This document shows positions 26,943-37,146 of a DNA stretch of 64,000 nucleotides, piece after piece. Position 1 is the first letter of the stretch; every line of letters starts with the position of its first letter. Origin of the DNA: a virus (taxonomy: Duplodnaviria; Caudoviricetes); the IMG/VR virus record IMGVR_UViG_3300017747_002675, positions 15-64,014 of that record, one strand, 5' to 3'. Position numbers and translations under genes: made by a program. Under the pieces are notes generated by a model, which was given only the letters and a program-made list of their open reading frames with translations, made no database searches and had not been told where the DNA came from.

Positions 26943-28160
26943 CTAACCGATCCAACCCGACCTATAGTAAATTACCATGGACGCGTCGGACGTGGCGTCG
27001 CCTTCGTCTGTGAACTGTATCGGGTTGTCGCCTGAAGAAAGCGTCAACCAATCTGTAAGAGTGTCGATCTTTACGCGGGCGCCAATAGTCTCACCGTTCA
27101 ACGCAACTTCGTGAGTGTACGTGTCTATCTCAAGAACGTCTGCGTTTCGTGACACGGTGCCTGTAGCCGCCGTGTTTGACACAGTCTGTGTCGTCGTGTT
27201 CGTGTAGCTGATGTTGTAGACGCCGGCACCGGAGTTTGCTCCAGTGATCAAAACTACTCCATCGTAGGGAGCTCCCATGCCAGAGACCGTGACGTAGTCG
27301 CCCTCAACTATCGTATGCGCCGCGCTAAGTGTCAGTGTTATGACGTAGTTTACGATCTGCTTAAAGGTGACAGTCGCTGTTTCGCTGGCTCGCAGCGGTT
27401 CAACGATCGTCAGGACCTGAGTGTTCGCGCTGTTCGCTATCGTCGCCGGGCCAACGATAGGGCCGGTGACCTCGATGAACAGAGGCACCTCGATGTTTCC
27501 GACGTTCTCGATCGTGGTCGCGCCGGTTTCTAGTGTAGACGAGTTTGCGCACGCTAGGTTGACTACGTCGTAACCGTCTGGGTCCGAGTCATTCCACGAG
27601 TACTTGATCGGATCAGCGGCACGAAGTCCGATCGAGAAGTCGGTTCTTCCGCGCGCGTTTACGGTTTGAATGCTTGGCTTACCGCTTAGGCGAACGAAGG
27701 CAGCGCGGGTTGGAGATTCCTTGGTCTTCAGCCACGCGCCCGATCTAACAAGACTGGTAGCGTTGATCAATTCGGCTCTTGCTGCCGGCATTAGATCAGG
27801 CCCAGGTGTTAGAAAAGACCCGTTGAGAGTGATTTGGCGTGCCGCCCAGCGGCCTGAAGCGTCGAACGAGCCGTCTCCCCAACCGCGCGGGATGTCGGGA
27901 ATCTCAGGGTCTGGGTGCTCCCACCAACCAATGATGTCTGTGCACACCCAAAGAACGTTGTTTGCGTCGAGTCTGTTTAGTATGAGATCGCCGAGTAGCA
28001 CATCTTCTCGGAGCTTCATTCCAGTAAATACTGGCGGCGGCTCCGGAATGAGTGTCTTGTTTACGTTTGTTGTTTCTCTGTTCTGAGAAACGCTGTCGAT
28101 GTACGGCCCAGAGCCATAGGCTCCGCTCCCGTACGTCAACAAACCGGTGTACTCTGCCAT
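26943..28160 (-). CDS. Distal tail (Dit-like) protein
   Basis: IGWW..P.P..RGWGDG..R.ITL.G, L.AADP.KY, N.G....P...V.GP. Confidence 0.7.
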   Translation of the reverse strand: MAEYTGLLTYGSGAYGSGPYIDSVSQNRETTNVNKTLIPEPPPVFTGMKLREDVLLGDLILNRLDANNVLWVCTDIIGWWEHPDPEIPDIPRGWGDGSFDASGRWAARQITLNGSFLTPGPDLMPAARAELINATSLVRSGAWLKTKESPTRAAFVRLSGKPSIQTVNARGRTDFSIGLRAADPIKYSWNDSDPDGYDVVNLACANSSTLETGATTIENVGNIEVPLFIEVTGPIVGPATIANSANTQVLTIVEPLRASETATVTFKQIVNYVITLTLSAAHTIVEGDYVTVSGMGAPYDGVVLITGANSGAGVYNISYTNTTTQTVSNTAATGTVSRNADVLEIDTYTHEVALNGETIGARVKIDTLTDWLTLSSGDNPIQFTDEGDATSDASMVIYYRSGWIG

Positions 28161-28176
28161 CGAAGTTCAGCCCTGA

Positions 28177-28800
28177 CTAGGCTACGTCTCCGTAGGTGAT
28201 GTTTGTGGTGCCGCTCGTCGAAAGGCCGAGACTGTTGAACCGTAGCCAGCTACCAGCCTTAGGGGTAATCGTGCCAGATGCAACTGAGACCTGAAGAGGG
28301 AATCTTGCGGTTGCTGTACCCTTAAGAACCATTCCACGGATTCTGATCACCTGAATAGCCGCGGTGTCTCCGCCGGTGATCGCTTTGTTCGCTGTAGAGT
28401 TGAACTGGTTGAAACCTGTCATCGACGTAGATGAGCCTACAACAGTCTCGAGCGAAACCTTCACCTCTGCCTGAAACTGCGTTGCAGCTGTTGACGCCCA
28501 GCCGAGAGTGATCGCTCCTGTAGAAGAATTGTTCAGCCGTAGGTAGTACTCAAATGAGTAGAGATGGTTAAGAGTTAGATTCGGCGAGACGCCAAAAGGA
28601 TTGGTAGCAGTCGTCGTGATCCCGCTGCCGTCTGCGGCGAGGTAGCGAAACATGGTGCTAGCCAGTTGATAGTCGTCTGTACCAGACGAGTACACGAAGC
28701 GACCGTCTATCTCCTGAATAGCGGCGTTCAGTGTGGTGCCCCAGTTTGCGTCGCCGTTTTCCGGTATCTGCGTTGATCCGTTGATTAGATACGTTGTCAC
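28177..28800 (-). CDS. Virion structural protein
   Basis: GTG start with GGAG; P..GD.NWG..LN...ID.F N-terminus seen in tail proteins. Confidence 0.6.
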   Translation of the reverse strand: MTTYLINGSTQIPENGDANWGTTLNAAIQEIDGRFVYSSGTDDYQLASTMFRYLAADGSGITTTATNPFGVSPNLTLNHLYSFEYYLRLNNSSTGAITLGWASTAATQFQAEVKVSLETVVGSSTSMTGFNQFNSTANKAITGGDTAAIQVIRIRGMVLKGTATARFPLQVSVASGTITPKAGSWLRFNSLGLSTSGTTNITYGDVA

Positions 28801-28835
28801 GAGTTCTCCATTTCAATCATCTTTACAATCATAAC

Positions 28836-31800
28836 CTACGCGGCGCCTCTGCGGAGTTGTAACGCAAGCTCTCTAGAGATCTTCGACGCGAGTTCGGTTT
28901 CATTCATTCCTTCGGACGGGTAGACATTCATGGTGATCCCGCCCTTGACGCCACCGGAAAGAAACTCGATCATCGCCTTGTCGCGCCTTGATAGACCGTC
29001 TGGGTCAAGAGGCTCAACGCGTTCTGGACGTCCGGCTTCACCAATGACAGCAAGCACGCCGCCAGGCGTCGGCGACACGGTGCCGCCGAGTGCCATCTGG
29101 CGCGCTCTAGTGTCAAAGCGCCCGCTGTCATTAGTGCCGTATGTCGTGTTGGCGGCAATTCGAGATCTGTAGTATTCCGACGCCGCTTTCCCTGCCGCTG
29201 CAGCTCTGGCGTTCGACCCATCGATGTCAACTCTTTCAAGAGTGATCTTTGTGACCTTGTCGATGTTGTCAACCAACGGAATAGCGTTGTACGCCGAGAT
29301 CAAACCGTTTATAGCTGTAATCGCAAGGTTGATACCCCACTCAACTCCACCAATGACTGCGTTGATGATTCCTTCGATGACGCTAACTACACCACTAAAA
29401 GTAGACGAGACTATGCGAGCAAGAGTGCCAAACACGGCTGCGAACGCAGACCCGATCTTGTCGAATAGACCACTGATTATCCCAACGCCTAGGTCGATCG
29501 CTCCGATTATGGCGTTCCATATAGGCTCAAACACAGGCTTGAGAGCGTTAAACACCGTGCTGAATACGCTGCTTATGAAACCAAACGCCGTTGTTATCGC
29601 GCCGACGCCGATGTTGACGCCTGTAGTAATGTACGGCCACACGGTGTCGAAGATGCTCTTTAAGAAGCCGAACACCGTCGAGAAGACACTCTTAACTACA
29701 CCGAACACCGTCGAGAAGATCGATCCGAAGTTCTTAACGCCCCAGGATATGGCACCCCAAACCGCCTTGAACACGACCTTAAGGACCGTAAACACTCCGA
29801 TGAAGATCGCCTTGACGATGTTGAACACCATCATGAACAGCACCTTAAAGATCTCAAGGCCTTTCATAAAGATTCTAAAAACGTTGACAAACAGGACGCG
29901 TAGTATGTTGAACACCGGCCTAGCGACAACCATGAACGCTCTGAAGACCGTCTTGAAGACGTTGAATATTACGCCTAGCACCGTCTTGACGACTTTGAAG
30001 AACGTCTTAAAGACGAACAACACGGGCTGCATCGCCTTGTTGACGATAGGCCAAATCTTATTGAATACGCCTTTCCAGAAGTCGAACAGGAACTGAACGT
30101 ACCTAACTATCAGATCTATTACGCCCTTAATGATCCCCCAAATAGCGTTGAACACCGGCTTGAGGATTTCTACTAGCCCTAGTATGATGGTAATTATAGG
30201 CGCAAGAATCGCTCTCATTATGCTGAAGGCAGCCTTAAAGGTGTTAACAAGAGACTTAAACGCAAACTCTATGGTATTACTGATCGACCCAAACGCTTTA
30301 CCAAAGTGTTTTTTCGCGCCGTCTACGTCTCCGCTGAGAAGCGAAAACACGCCGCGGATGATCTCATACACTGCCTTGAATGCGTTTATTACGGCACCGA
30401 TGGCGTAGATAAACGACATAATTCCAAACTTGATGCCGTCAATCAACGGCATGACAAACCGCTCCAGGTACGGGACCCAATACTCCGCTAGGAAGTCGCC
30501 AAACGCCCTAAATGCGTTCTTAAACTTATCGATAGATATGCTACCGACTCCCATCGCGCCGAAAACTTCATCGAGTACGCCCTTGATATCGTCGAACGCG
30601 TCCTTGAGTTTTGCTAGAACCTTTTCCCACAGCTCCTTAAGGGCGTCCCTAAGCTTTTGGCTGTAGACTATAGCAAGAGCGATCGCGGCGTACAGCGCGG
30701 CTATCGCTATAGTTATTCCGGTAGCTACACCGCCGCCGACGCCAAGCAGCATAATTCCAAGTCTTAGAAGCTTAAAATACCCAATCACGCCCTTTAGCAG
30801 AACGCCAAGAACCCTGAAAACAAAGGCGATTTTACCGAACGCGCCCCCTATGGCCATAAAAACGAATCTACCGATTCTGCCAACGACGCTGAGAGCCTTG
30901 CTTACACCGATGATCATCGCTACTTGAAGAGCGATCTTTCTTATTATGTCGTTGGAGAAGATCTTGATAAGAATGTCAAGAACAGTTTCAAGAGTCCCAA
31001 AGAACATTTCGATAGACTGCGACTCGGCGAACAGCGACAAAAATTCTCCAAGCTTTGTCACAAAATCGCCCATAGCCGGGGCTGCCTTTTGTAGAATCTC
31101 AAACACGTCGCCGATCGTGCCGGCCAACGGCATCAACGCGTCGGCTGTCTTACCGATGCTTTCATCGTCGCCAAGCTTTAGAAATTCCTTTACTATCTCG
31201 ACAATCAATGTCGAGATCTTTGAAAAGTTCTCAGATGCGTCGATAAAGAACTGTTTCAATGACCCGTCATCAAGAAGTTTTTTAGTGAACTCGTCGAACT
31301 TCTTCATCGACTTTTCAAACGTGTCAAGCAGCATCTCGCCGCCGGAGCCTGGCCCCGACGCGGCTTTGCCGATGTTCTTGATCGCGCCGAATAGTCCGTT
31401 CTTGCCGAGCGCGCGACCAAGCTGCGCAGCGATATCGCCTGCTCTAGTGAACGTATTGCGCAGCTCTCCTGTTTGATTTCTAAGTTCTCTCGTCTCCTTC
31501 CAACCAGTGGTTAAGGTGACGATCCAGTCGGTAAAACGACGTATGAGCGGGTCTGCCGCGTCGAGCAGCGACAACATGATGTCGTACAGGTTACCGAACA
31601 CGATGCCAAGTTTGCCTGTCGTGTCGGCGTTAGTGTCAGTGATTCTTGTCAGCTCTTCTAGGTTTTTACCTTCAGTGACAATCTTTGAAAAGTCAAGCGC
31701 AGATTTGCCAAGAGCCTTGCCTGTTTTTTGAAGAATAGGTTGAAGAGCCGGAAATAGATTAGTGACAAGATTGTCAAGAGCAAAGGTTAGAGGCCCAAAA

Positions 31801-32774
31801 AGTTCCTTACCTGCAGCGTGACGAAGCTCTACGAGTTTGGGCTGAATAGATACGAGGTACTCAGCAAACGCTCTTGCCTCTGCGGATAGTTTATTCAGCG
31901 CTTCAGCATCTGCCGAGCTGCCGCCGCCGCTACCTTTTCTCGCTTCCTCGAGTCTTTCCTGCGCCTCTATGAGCCGCTTTAGCGCGTCAAGTTCTGCCTT
32001 TGCTCGCGCATCTACAGCTTCCTGTACCGCTTTTTGCGCGTCGACAACTTCTTCTTGGCCTTCAACACCAAGTTTGTTTCTTTTTTCAGTTTCTTTAGCA
32101 AGGTCAGCGTTTCTATCCTTCGCGCGACGCATGTTGAGGTCGGCTTCTTGATAGGCAAGTTCAGCCTCGCGTCTAGCTCTTGAGTTCGGGGGCAGATCTT
32201 GAACTCGAGCAAGCGTTTCTCTCGCCTTCTCAAGTTCAATGGCGGCTTTCTTTTCAGATATCGCCGCGTCTTCAGCGTCAAAATTGAGTTGCTGCAGACT
32301 TTCAGACGCCTCCTGCCTCGCTTTAGTTAGCCGTTCTTCTGCTTCAGTTAATCGATCGTTCGCTCTAGCAAGCGCTTCACGATTTTGCTCGAGTACTTCA
32401 GCTAATCGTCTTTCGGCCTCCGCCACTCGCTTTGAGTTGTCCCCGCCTCCGCCGCCACCTTTCTTCGTGAGCGACTTCATCGCTGCACCGATGCCGCTGA
32501 ACGCCATCTTTGCAGTTATCGCGGCCTGACCGATCGCCGAGAAGATGCTAGGAAGAACGATCAGAGATGGTAGAGCTGCTGCAACCTGCGACGTAAGAGC
32601 CGTAAGACCAGACACCATCGATGAGAGACCGCCGACAGCGACGGCAATTGCGGGACCAAAGGCATAGCCTTGGATCGTCATTCTTCTGAATGCTTCGTAC
32701 GCCTGGTCTGCTTCTCGTCTGAAGTCAGTGGTGATCGCTTTGATCTTTATGTACGCTGTACCGACAATTGCCAT
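28836..32774 (-). CDS. Tape measure protein
   Basis: 1,312 aa with an N-terminal coiled coil, long amphipathic repeats and C-terminal MALGG.V..GEAG.PE..PL; follows the tail chaperone. Confidence 0.92.
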   Translation of the reverse strand: MAIVGTAYIKIKAITTDFRREADQAYEAFRRMTIQGYAFGPAIAVAVGGLSSMVSGLTALTSQVAAALPSLIVLPSIFSAIGQAAITAKMAFSGIGAAMKSLTKKGGGGGGDNSKRVAEAERRLAEVLEQNREALARANDRLTEAEERLTKARQEASESLQQLNFDAEDAAISEKKAAIELEKARETLARVQDLPPNSRARREAELAYQEADLNMRRAKDRNADLAKETEKRNKLGVEGQEEVVDAQKAVQEAVDARAKAELDALKRLIEAQERLEEARKGSGGGSSADAEALNKLSAEARAFAEYLVSIQPKLVELRHAAGKELFGPLTFALDNLVTNLFPALQPILQKTGKALGKSALDFSKIVTEGKNLEELTRITDTNADTTGKLGIVFGNLYDIMLSLLDAADPLIRRFTDWIVTLTTGWKETRELRNQTGELRNTFTRAGDIAAQLGRALGKNGLFGAIKNIGKAASGPGSGGEMLLDTFEKSMKKFDEFTKKLLDDGSLKQFFIDASENFSKISTLIVEIVKEFLKLGDDESIGKTADALMPLAGTIGDVFEILQKAAPAMGDFVTKLGEFLSLFAESQSIEMFFGTLETVLDILIKIFSNDIIRKIALQVAMIIGVSKALSVVGRIGRFVFMAIGGAFGKIAFVFRVLGVLLKGVIGYFKLLRLGIMLLGVGGGVATGITIAIAALYAAIALAIVYSQKLRDALKELWEKVLAKLKDAFDDIKGVLDEVFGAMGVGSISIDKFKNAFRAFGDFLAEYWVPYLERFVMPLIDGIKFGIMSFIYAIGAVINAFKAVYEIIRGVFSLLSGDVDGAKKHFGKAFGSISNTIEFAFKSLVNTFKAAFSIMRAILAPIITIILGLVEILKPVFNAIWGIIKGVIDLIVRYVQFLFDFWKGVFNKIWPIVNKAMQPVLFVFKTFFKVVKTVLGVIFNVFKTVFRAFMVVARPVFNILRVLFVNVFRIFMKGLEIFKVLFMMVFNIVKAIFIGVFTVLKVVFKAVWGAISWGVKNFGSIFSTVFGVVKSVFSTVFGFLKSIFDTVWPYITTGVNIGVGAITTAFGFISSVFSTVFNALKPVFEPIWNAIIGAIDLGVGIISGLFDKIGSAFAAVFGTLARIVSSTFSGVVSVIEGIINAVIGGVEWGINLAITAINGLISAYNAIPLVDNIDKVTKITLERVDIDGSNARAAAAGKAASEYYRSRIAANTTYGTNDSGRFDTRARQMALGGTVSPTPGGVLAVIGEAGRPERVEPLDPDGLSRRDKAMIEFLSGGVKGGITMNVYPSEGMNETELASKISRELALQLRRGAA

Positions 32775-32827
32775 GTGCCGTCACCTCCTCACATCGTATT
32801 GCATCAGTATTGATTTTACAACGGTTT

Positions 32828-33277
32828 TTAGTGGCCTAGTGGAGCGTCGAGGCCTCTACCAAACGGAAGTCTCGACGACGCGTCTGGGGACGTTGGGGCG
32901 ATGTATGGCTTGACTTCTCGAGATTTTCCAGACCGTTCAAACGGGTCTACAGGCACAGGAACTTCGTAGTCTTCTTCCATTATGCTATCAGCAACATCCG
33001 GCGGAAGAGTAGTGCCGCTGTTCTTAGAAGACGCGTACTTGTACTCTCTGCCGTACAGATTAGCGTATAGAGAAATTCTTGATTTGTCTCGCGCCTCGCC
33101 CTGCTCAGCGGTGCTGATCGAGTGCATGTCTTCTTCAAAATAGAAATGAAGAACGTCAAGAAGATCCGGCGCAGATAGCGACCGAAGATCTAACCCAAGA
33201 GTTATTGATTTGCCGTTTACATACGGCCAGAGTTCTACTGCCCAGTCGACGAGAGCTCTGGCCGCTTCGTAGGGCGT
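32828..33277 (-). CDS. Tail assembly chaperone, -1 frameshift extension (gpGT-like)
   Basis: The -1 frame opens right after TGA at 33278-33280 (ACG CCC TAC GAA..) and has no start codon until 33127. Confidence 0.7.
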   Translation of the reverse strand, partial: TPYEAARALVDWAVELWPYVNGKSITLGLDLRSLSAPDLLDVLHFYFEEDMHSISTAEQGEARDKSRISLYANLYGREYKYASSKNSGTTLPPDVADSIMEEDYEVPVPVDPFERSGKSREVKPYIAPTSPDASSRLPFGRGLDAPLGH

Positions 33278-33582
33278 TCAGAGTACATTTCGACGAGCCA
33301 TTGAATGATGTCCATCAGAGTTTCCATATGGACGATCCGCTCAGGGTCTAGGCACAGAACGTTGAATCTTTCAAGACTCTCCGGCACTAGCACTGTACTA
33401 AAGAACTGGTCAACAACCTTACCAGCGTCTGAAGCGTTTTCATCTGCTGTTTTTGTCGCCAGGTCAAGAATAGTCTTGCCTGGGATCTGCGGGCGACAGG
33501 TAAACTCTTCGTCGCACAACTTGAATGAGATCGGTTCGGCGTCCGAAAAATCAGGGGTCCCGAAGTCCTTAAACTTAGCCAT
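33235..33582 (-). CDS. Tail assembly chaperone (gpG-like)
   Basis: Start inferred at ATG 33582 (GGAG upstream); ends WLVEMYSERPTKRPELSSTGQ; directly upstream of the tape measure gene. Confidence 0.8.
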   Translation of the reverse strand: MAKFKDFGTPDFSDAEPISFKLCDEEFTCRPQIPGKTILDLATKTADENASDAGKVVDQFFSTVLVPESLERFNVLCLDPERIVHMETLMDIIQWLVEMYSERPTKRPELSSTGQ

Positions 33583-33641
33583 CAGATATCTACGTCTCCA
33601 TCCGTGTGTTAGGTATCTTTTGTGCAACTACGCACTGGTAA

Positions 33642-33650
33642 ACTATAACA
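33642..33650 (-). promoter_or_regulatory. Candidate extended -10 promoter TGTTATAGT
   Basis: TGn-TATAGT in an AT-rich gap, with TTGCAT 19 nt upstream of the hexamer. Confidence 0.4.
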
Positions 33651-33687
33651 TTTTTCACGTGTTCTCATGCAAAAAAGAGCAGACTTA

Positions 33688-34095
33688 TCACGTCTTCATC
33701 GCTATTCTAAGAGCTGTTGTCAAATACGGATTTGGCCTAGTTCCAGGGTGCATGACAGCTCTTTTATGAACAATTACTCCATTGCTTCCTCTAAACCTCA
33801 GAAGCTTGGGTGGTGTGGCAACGATAACGTGCGGCCGCGTGCCGGTGTGATGAAGGAGAGCGTACGTTCTCATCGAGCCAATTGTGAACTCAAAACCAGT
33901 CGCCGTTCTAGATCGCTGCATTGATATTGAAGCCGCGAGTCGCCCAGTACGCTTACCCACAAGTGATCTAGCGATCTCCTGCGCTTTTCTAGCCTTGGCC
34001 TCGACGTGCTTATTGACCTTACCGCCACGCGAGTTCAGCATCACCTCAATAGCGCCGTAGTCCCACTTCATGTAGACCTGTGTGCTAACGCTCAT
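33688..34095 (-). CDS. HK97 gp10-like neck/tail completion protein
   Basis: Basic 135 aa, RTGRLAASI, YAL..H.GT, HPGT.PNPYL..AL. Confidence 0.7.
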   Translation of the reverse strand: MSVSTQVYMKWDYGAIEVMLNSRGGKVNKHVEAKARKAQEIARSLVGKRTGRLAASISMQRSRTATGFEFTIGSMRTYALLHHTGTRPHVIVATPPKLLRFRGSNGVIVHKRAVMHPGTRPNPYLTTALRIAMKT

Positions 34096-34102
34096 CTTAG
34101 AC

Positions 34103-34606
34103 CTACGGGATCGCCATCGTCAACTGAAGTACGACGAGTTGAAAACCACCTTCAGGTGGCGGCGTCTCGACGGTTCCGATGACACCGATTCCGTACCCGC
34201 CTTCTTCCCACATATCAAGAAGATTTATCGACTGAAGAAGAACCCAGGTATCGATCGCTGATATCTGCGCGGCTTCCTCGATAGTCGCCGACGTTGGCGG
34301 CCTGCCGTTTACGGACACGGTCGGTATCTCTCTAGCGACGGTGACAAGAACAACCGCTGTTCTAGGCGCAGTGCATCTTCTTGGTTCGGAGATCTCGTTG
34401 CCAGGTGAGCCAAGATATGTTTGAACAAGTGTCACCGTCAACTGTTCGCAGTCGATAGATGACTGTCCGACCGTCCAATACCTTCTCGTTGGCAGTGGTA
34501 CGTTGTACGAGTTAAACGTAGTGACGACGCGCGCCAAGATACCATCTAGCATATTGCAGATGTTTAGCGCGTCTTCTGAGACCTCTGAGATATCTACGAT
34601 TCCCAC
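34103..34606 (-). CDS. Putative tail terminator/completion protein
   Basis: Synteny between the adaptor and gp10-like genes. Confidence 0.5.
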   Translation of the reverse strand: MGIVDISEVSEDALNICNMLDGILARVVTTFNSYNVPLPTRRYWTVGQSSIDCEQLTVTLVQTYLGSPGNEISEPRRCTAPRTAVVLVTVAREIPTVSVNGRPPTSATIEEAAQISAIDTWVLLQSINLLDMWEEGGYGIGVIGTVETPPPEGGFQLVVLQLTMAIP

Positions 34607-35971
34607 TTAGGATCCGATCGTGTATGCGTTGATGACAGACGAGGCAAGACCGATCTTTAGGTTGCCGGTGCAGATCAACGACGTCTCCGTCGTGCCACCA
34701 ACTGTCCGTGTGCCGTACAGTTCGTACGTCCCGGGGTCGATCATCTTTAGAACCTCAAGGGCGTCGGCATACGTTACGGAGATGGTTATTCTATCGTCCG
34801 TTGTAGAAGTGGCGGTGCCGCTTGCTGCGACAGACGATACGTTCGACGCGGTCTTGGCGTATCTAAACGTCGTAGGTGTCGGCACCTGAGTTATCGTATA
34901 TGTGCCGTTGAACGTTGCGTCAACACCGGCGATGACAACCTCGGTGTCGACGTAAAAACCATGATCTGTGCTCGTAGTGATCGTGGCGACGTTCGACGAC
35001 AATGACTTGTTCGTCACGGTTCTTGCCGAGGTCGTCGGGTCACTTGTCACCGCGGCGCCTGTCAACGTCTTCGACGCCGTTTCACCGTAGTTTCTGATGA
35101 TTACCTCGGGAGACCACCCGCCGGACAGAAGGAACAGACCGTTGATGGAATCGAGTGACACGTTCGTCGTACCTGTCCCACCAGCGGGGACGACGATGTC
35201 GAGAGCGCTTGCGCCGAGCTTCATCGACTTCGGCGCGCTTCTTCTTGCTCTTGGAACGTCGGTAGAAAATACTCTGGCCTTGGCCTTTGCCTTGTCTGGG
35301 TTCACAGACTTAAGAAACAGGTCTACAGCGTACAGACCTGTACGCATCTCGTCGATGAAGTCCTGACTATCCAGCAGCGTGTACGACACGCCCTGTCGAG
35401 ATATCGACGTTACACGCTGTGGCAGGGCGCACGTGTCGTCGCCATTGAACAACTTTGCAAACTCGATGGCTAGAGTTCTTGCAGCCATCTTGCCCATCGT
35501 CGGCGGCTCAACTCCATATGAGTACGTGACCTCGACGTTACACGCCGACCACGGAACGCCGACAACGGCTTGAATTGTCGAGTGATCAACCAAGTAGTAC
35601 TTGTCGGGGCTTATTATGTTGCCTACTCTGTCACGTATCGTGTGTATTTTTGTGACTGGCCGACCGCGAAGACGAATACGAGACGTGGAGGTCATGCCGT
35701 CCGACGTCATGTCTTCGTAGAAGTCAAGGTCATCTGAGAAGAAGTTATACACGTCACCATCGACAAGAATGGCCTTGTTGTTGTCGATGGCTGGGCCGTA
35801 ACGGTACGTACGACCGGCGCATACGTAGCGCTCCGTAACAGTGGTGGTTCCGCTGTATTTACGTCCCGACAGCGCCCAGAGCAGGTTAGAGGCCGACTTG
35901 GCGGCCTCGTAAGCAAACTCTGTCTCGGCAAAATCGCCGAGCTCCTCGGGTGTTACCCATAGATTAGACAT
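34607..35971 (-). CDS. Head-to-tail adaptor with C-terminal beta module
   Basis: LWALSGRKYSG, A...LA.EF.K...C.LP.RVT..SRQGVS, G...VD.FL...NP. Confidence 0.75.
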   Translation of the reverse strand: MSNLWVTPEELGDFAETEFAYEAAKSASNLLWALSGRKYSGTTTVTERYVCAGRTYRYGPAIDNNKAILVDGDVYNFFSDDLDFYEDMTSDGMTSTSRIRLRGRPVTKIHTIRDRVGNIISPDKYYLVDHSTIQAVVGVPWSACNVEVTYSYGVEPPTMGKMAARTLAIEFAKLFNGDDTCALPQRVTSISRQGVSYTLLDSQDFIDEMRTGLYAVDLFLKSVNPDKAKAKARVFSTDVPRARRSAPKSMKLGASALDIVVPAGGTGTTNVSLDSINGLFLLSGGWSPEVIIRNYGETASKTLTGAAVTSDPTTSARTVTNKSLSSNVATITTSTDHGFYVDTEVVIAGVDATFNGTYTITQVPTPTTFRYAKTASNVSSVAASGTATSTTDDRITISVTYADALEVLKMIDPGTYELYGTRTVGGTTETSLICTGNLKIGLASSVINAYTIGS

Positions 35972-35999
35972 CTTACCTCGTCTCTATCTGCATAAACTG

Positions 36000-36042
36000 C
36001 AATGGCGCGTCCTATGTATTTTACACATAGAACGCGCCATTG
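36000..36042 (-). terminator. 18-bp stem hairpin downstream of the major tail gene
   Basis: Minus strand CAATGGCGCGTTCTATGT-GTAAAAT-ACATAGGACGCGCCATTG, with one G.U pair. Confidence 0.7.
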
Positions 36043-36055
36043 ACAGTTACGCTGA

Positions 36056-37105
36056 TCAGGACGTCGGGTCCTCTGTGGACGCGATGATGAAGTCGATCGA
36101 CTCGTCCTCGTTGTAGTTGATGTTGCCAGGCATGTTGTATGCGGTTGTCGAACCCTGCGAGGTGAAGTCGGTCACTGCCCAGCTGTTAGCTGTGCAGAGA
36201 ACGGTGCCTGTGTCGGCAGCCGAGGTGATCGTACCACTCGTTGTTGTTGTGTACGTGAGCGTTGTTGTCAACGGCACTGCAGTGATCGTGTATGTTCCTT
36301 CAATTACTGAGTTGCCGTTCGTTCCAGACACTGTAATCTCGTCGCCAACGCGCAGCCCGTGAGCTGTAGACGTTGTGAGGGTAACTGTTGAGCCCGAGCG
36401 GGCGCTGTTCGAGATGGTCTTGGTGATGTCACCGTGCCACTGGTAGAAGCCCTTGCGGCCGGTCGGCGCCCACGTTGAACGAGCGTACGAGTACGGGCGC
36501 TCTGTGGCGGTCGGGAACTCCCAGCGATCGTCGAGGCCGTCAGCGAACAACGAGTTTCCGAGGCCGTAACCTTCAAAGGTTGTCGCGATCATGCCGTTCT
36601 CGATCACGCGATCGCCTGACTGACGAAGCTTGGCGTACGGGAACACCCAGTGGAAGTAGGGGTTTGTTCCGGCGCGCTTACCGTCAGCAACGGCGAACGA
36701 CCAGCACTCGATCGCAACACCGTTACCGGCGGGGTCGTCACCAACAGCGGGGGACGACCAACCGATGCTCTTGCGGCTTGGAGCAGCGTATGTGCCATAG
36801 TTCTTGCGAAGCAGCAGACCGCCGGACACGAGCTGTGTCAACTCGGGGTCTGGCTCACAGATCGCGAGCTCCATAGTCACTCTCTTCAGAGTGTCGGGCG
36901 CGCGGTACGAGACGCAGATGACGCCGTTTGCCGACTTCTCGACAATTTCGTCTCCCTGCTCGTATTCCGGCGTGAACGACAGACGCATGAACGCGCTGGT
37001 CGTGTAACTGTCGCCAGGCTGATTAAGAAGGTTGCCAGACGCGTCAAGACGTGTGACGCGAATTGACACACCTTGAATACTCGCGGCGTAATCTTGAGTT
37101 GCCAT
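36056..37105 (-). CDS. Major tail protein with C-terminal beta module
   Basis: IRVTRLD..G, E.GDEI..K.A.G..C, C..DPEL..L..G actinophage tail-tube pattern. Confidence 0.85.
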   Translation of the reverse strand: MATQDYAASIQGVSIRVTRLDASGNLLNQPGDSYTTSAFMRLSFTPEYEQGDEIVEKSANGVICVSYRAPDTLKRVTMELAICEPDPELTQLVSGGLLLRKNYGTYAAPSRKSIGWSSPAVGDDPAGNGVAIECWSFAVADGKRAGTNPYFHWVFPYAKLRQSGDRVIENGMIATTFEGYGLGNSLFADGLDDRWEFPTATERPYSYARSTWAPTGRKGFYQWHGDITKTISNSARSGSTVTLTTSTAHGLRVGDEITVSGTNGNSVIEGTYTITAVPLTTTLTYTTTTSGTITSAADTGTVLCTANSWAVTDFTSQGSTTAYNMPGNINYNEDESIDFIIASTEDPTS

Positions 37106-37146
37106 GTGGTTTTCTCCTTGATAGAAATCTGCTAACGCAGTTAATC

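Noticed and set aside
28836-32774. Hydrophobic repeats as a membrane transporter or toxin
   Set aside because: Position after the chaperone and the periodic amphipathic repeats fit a tape measure protein
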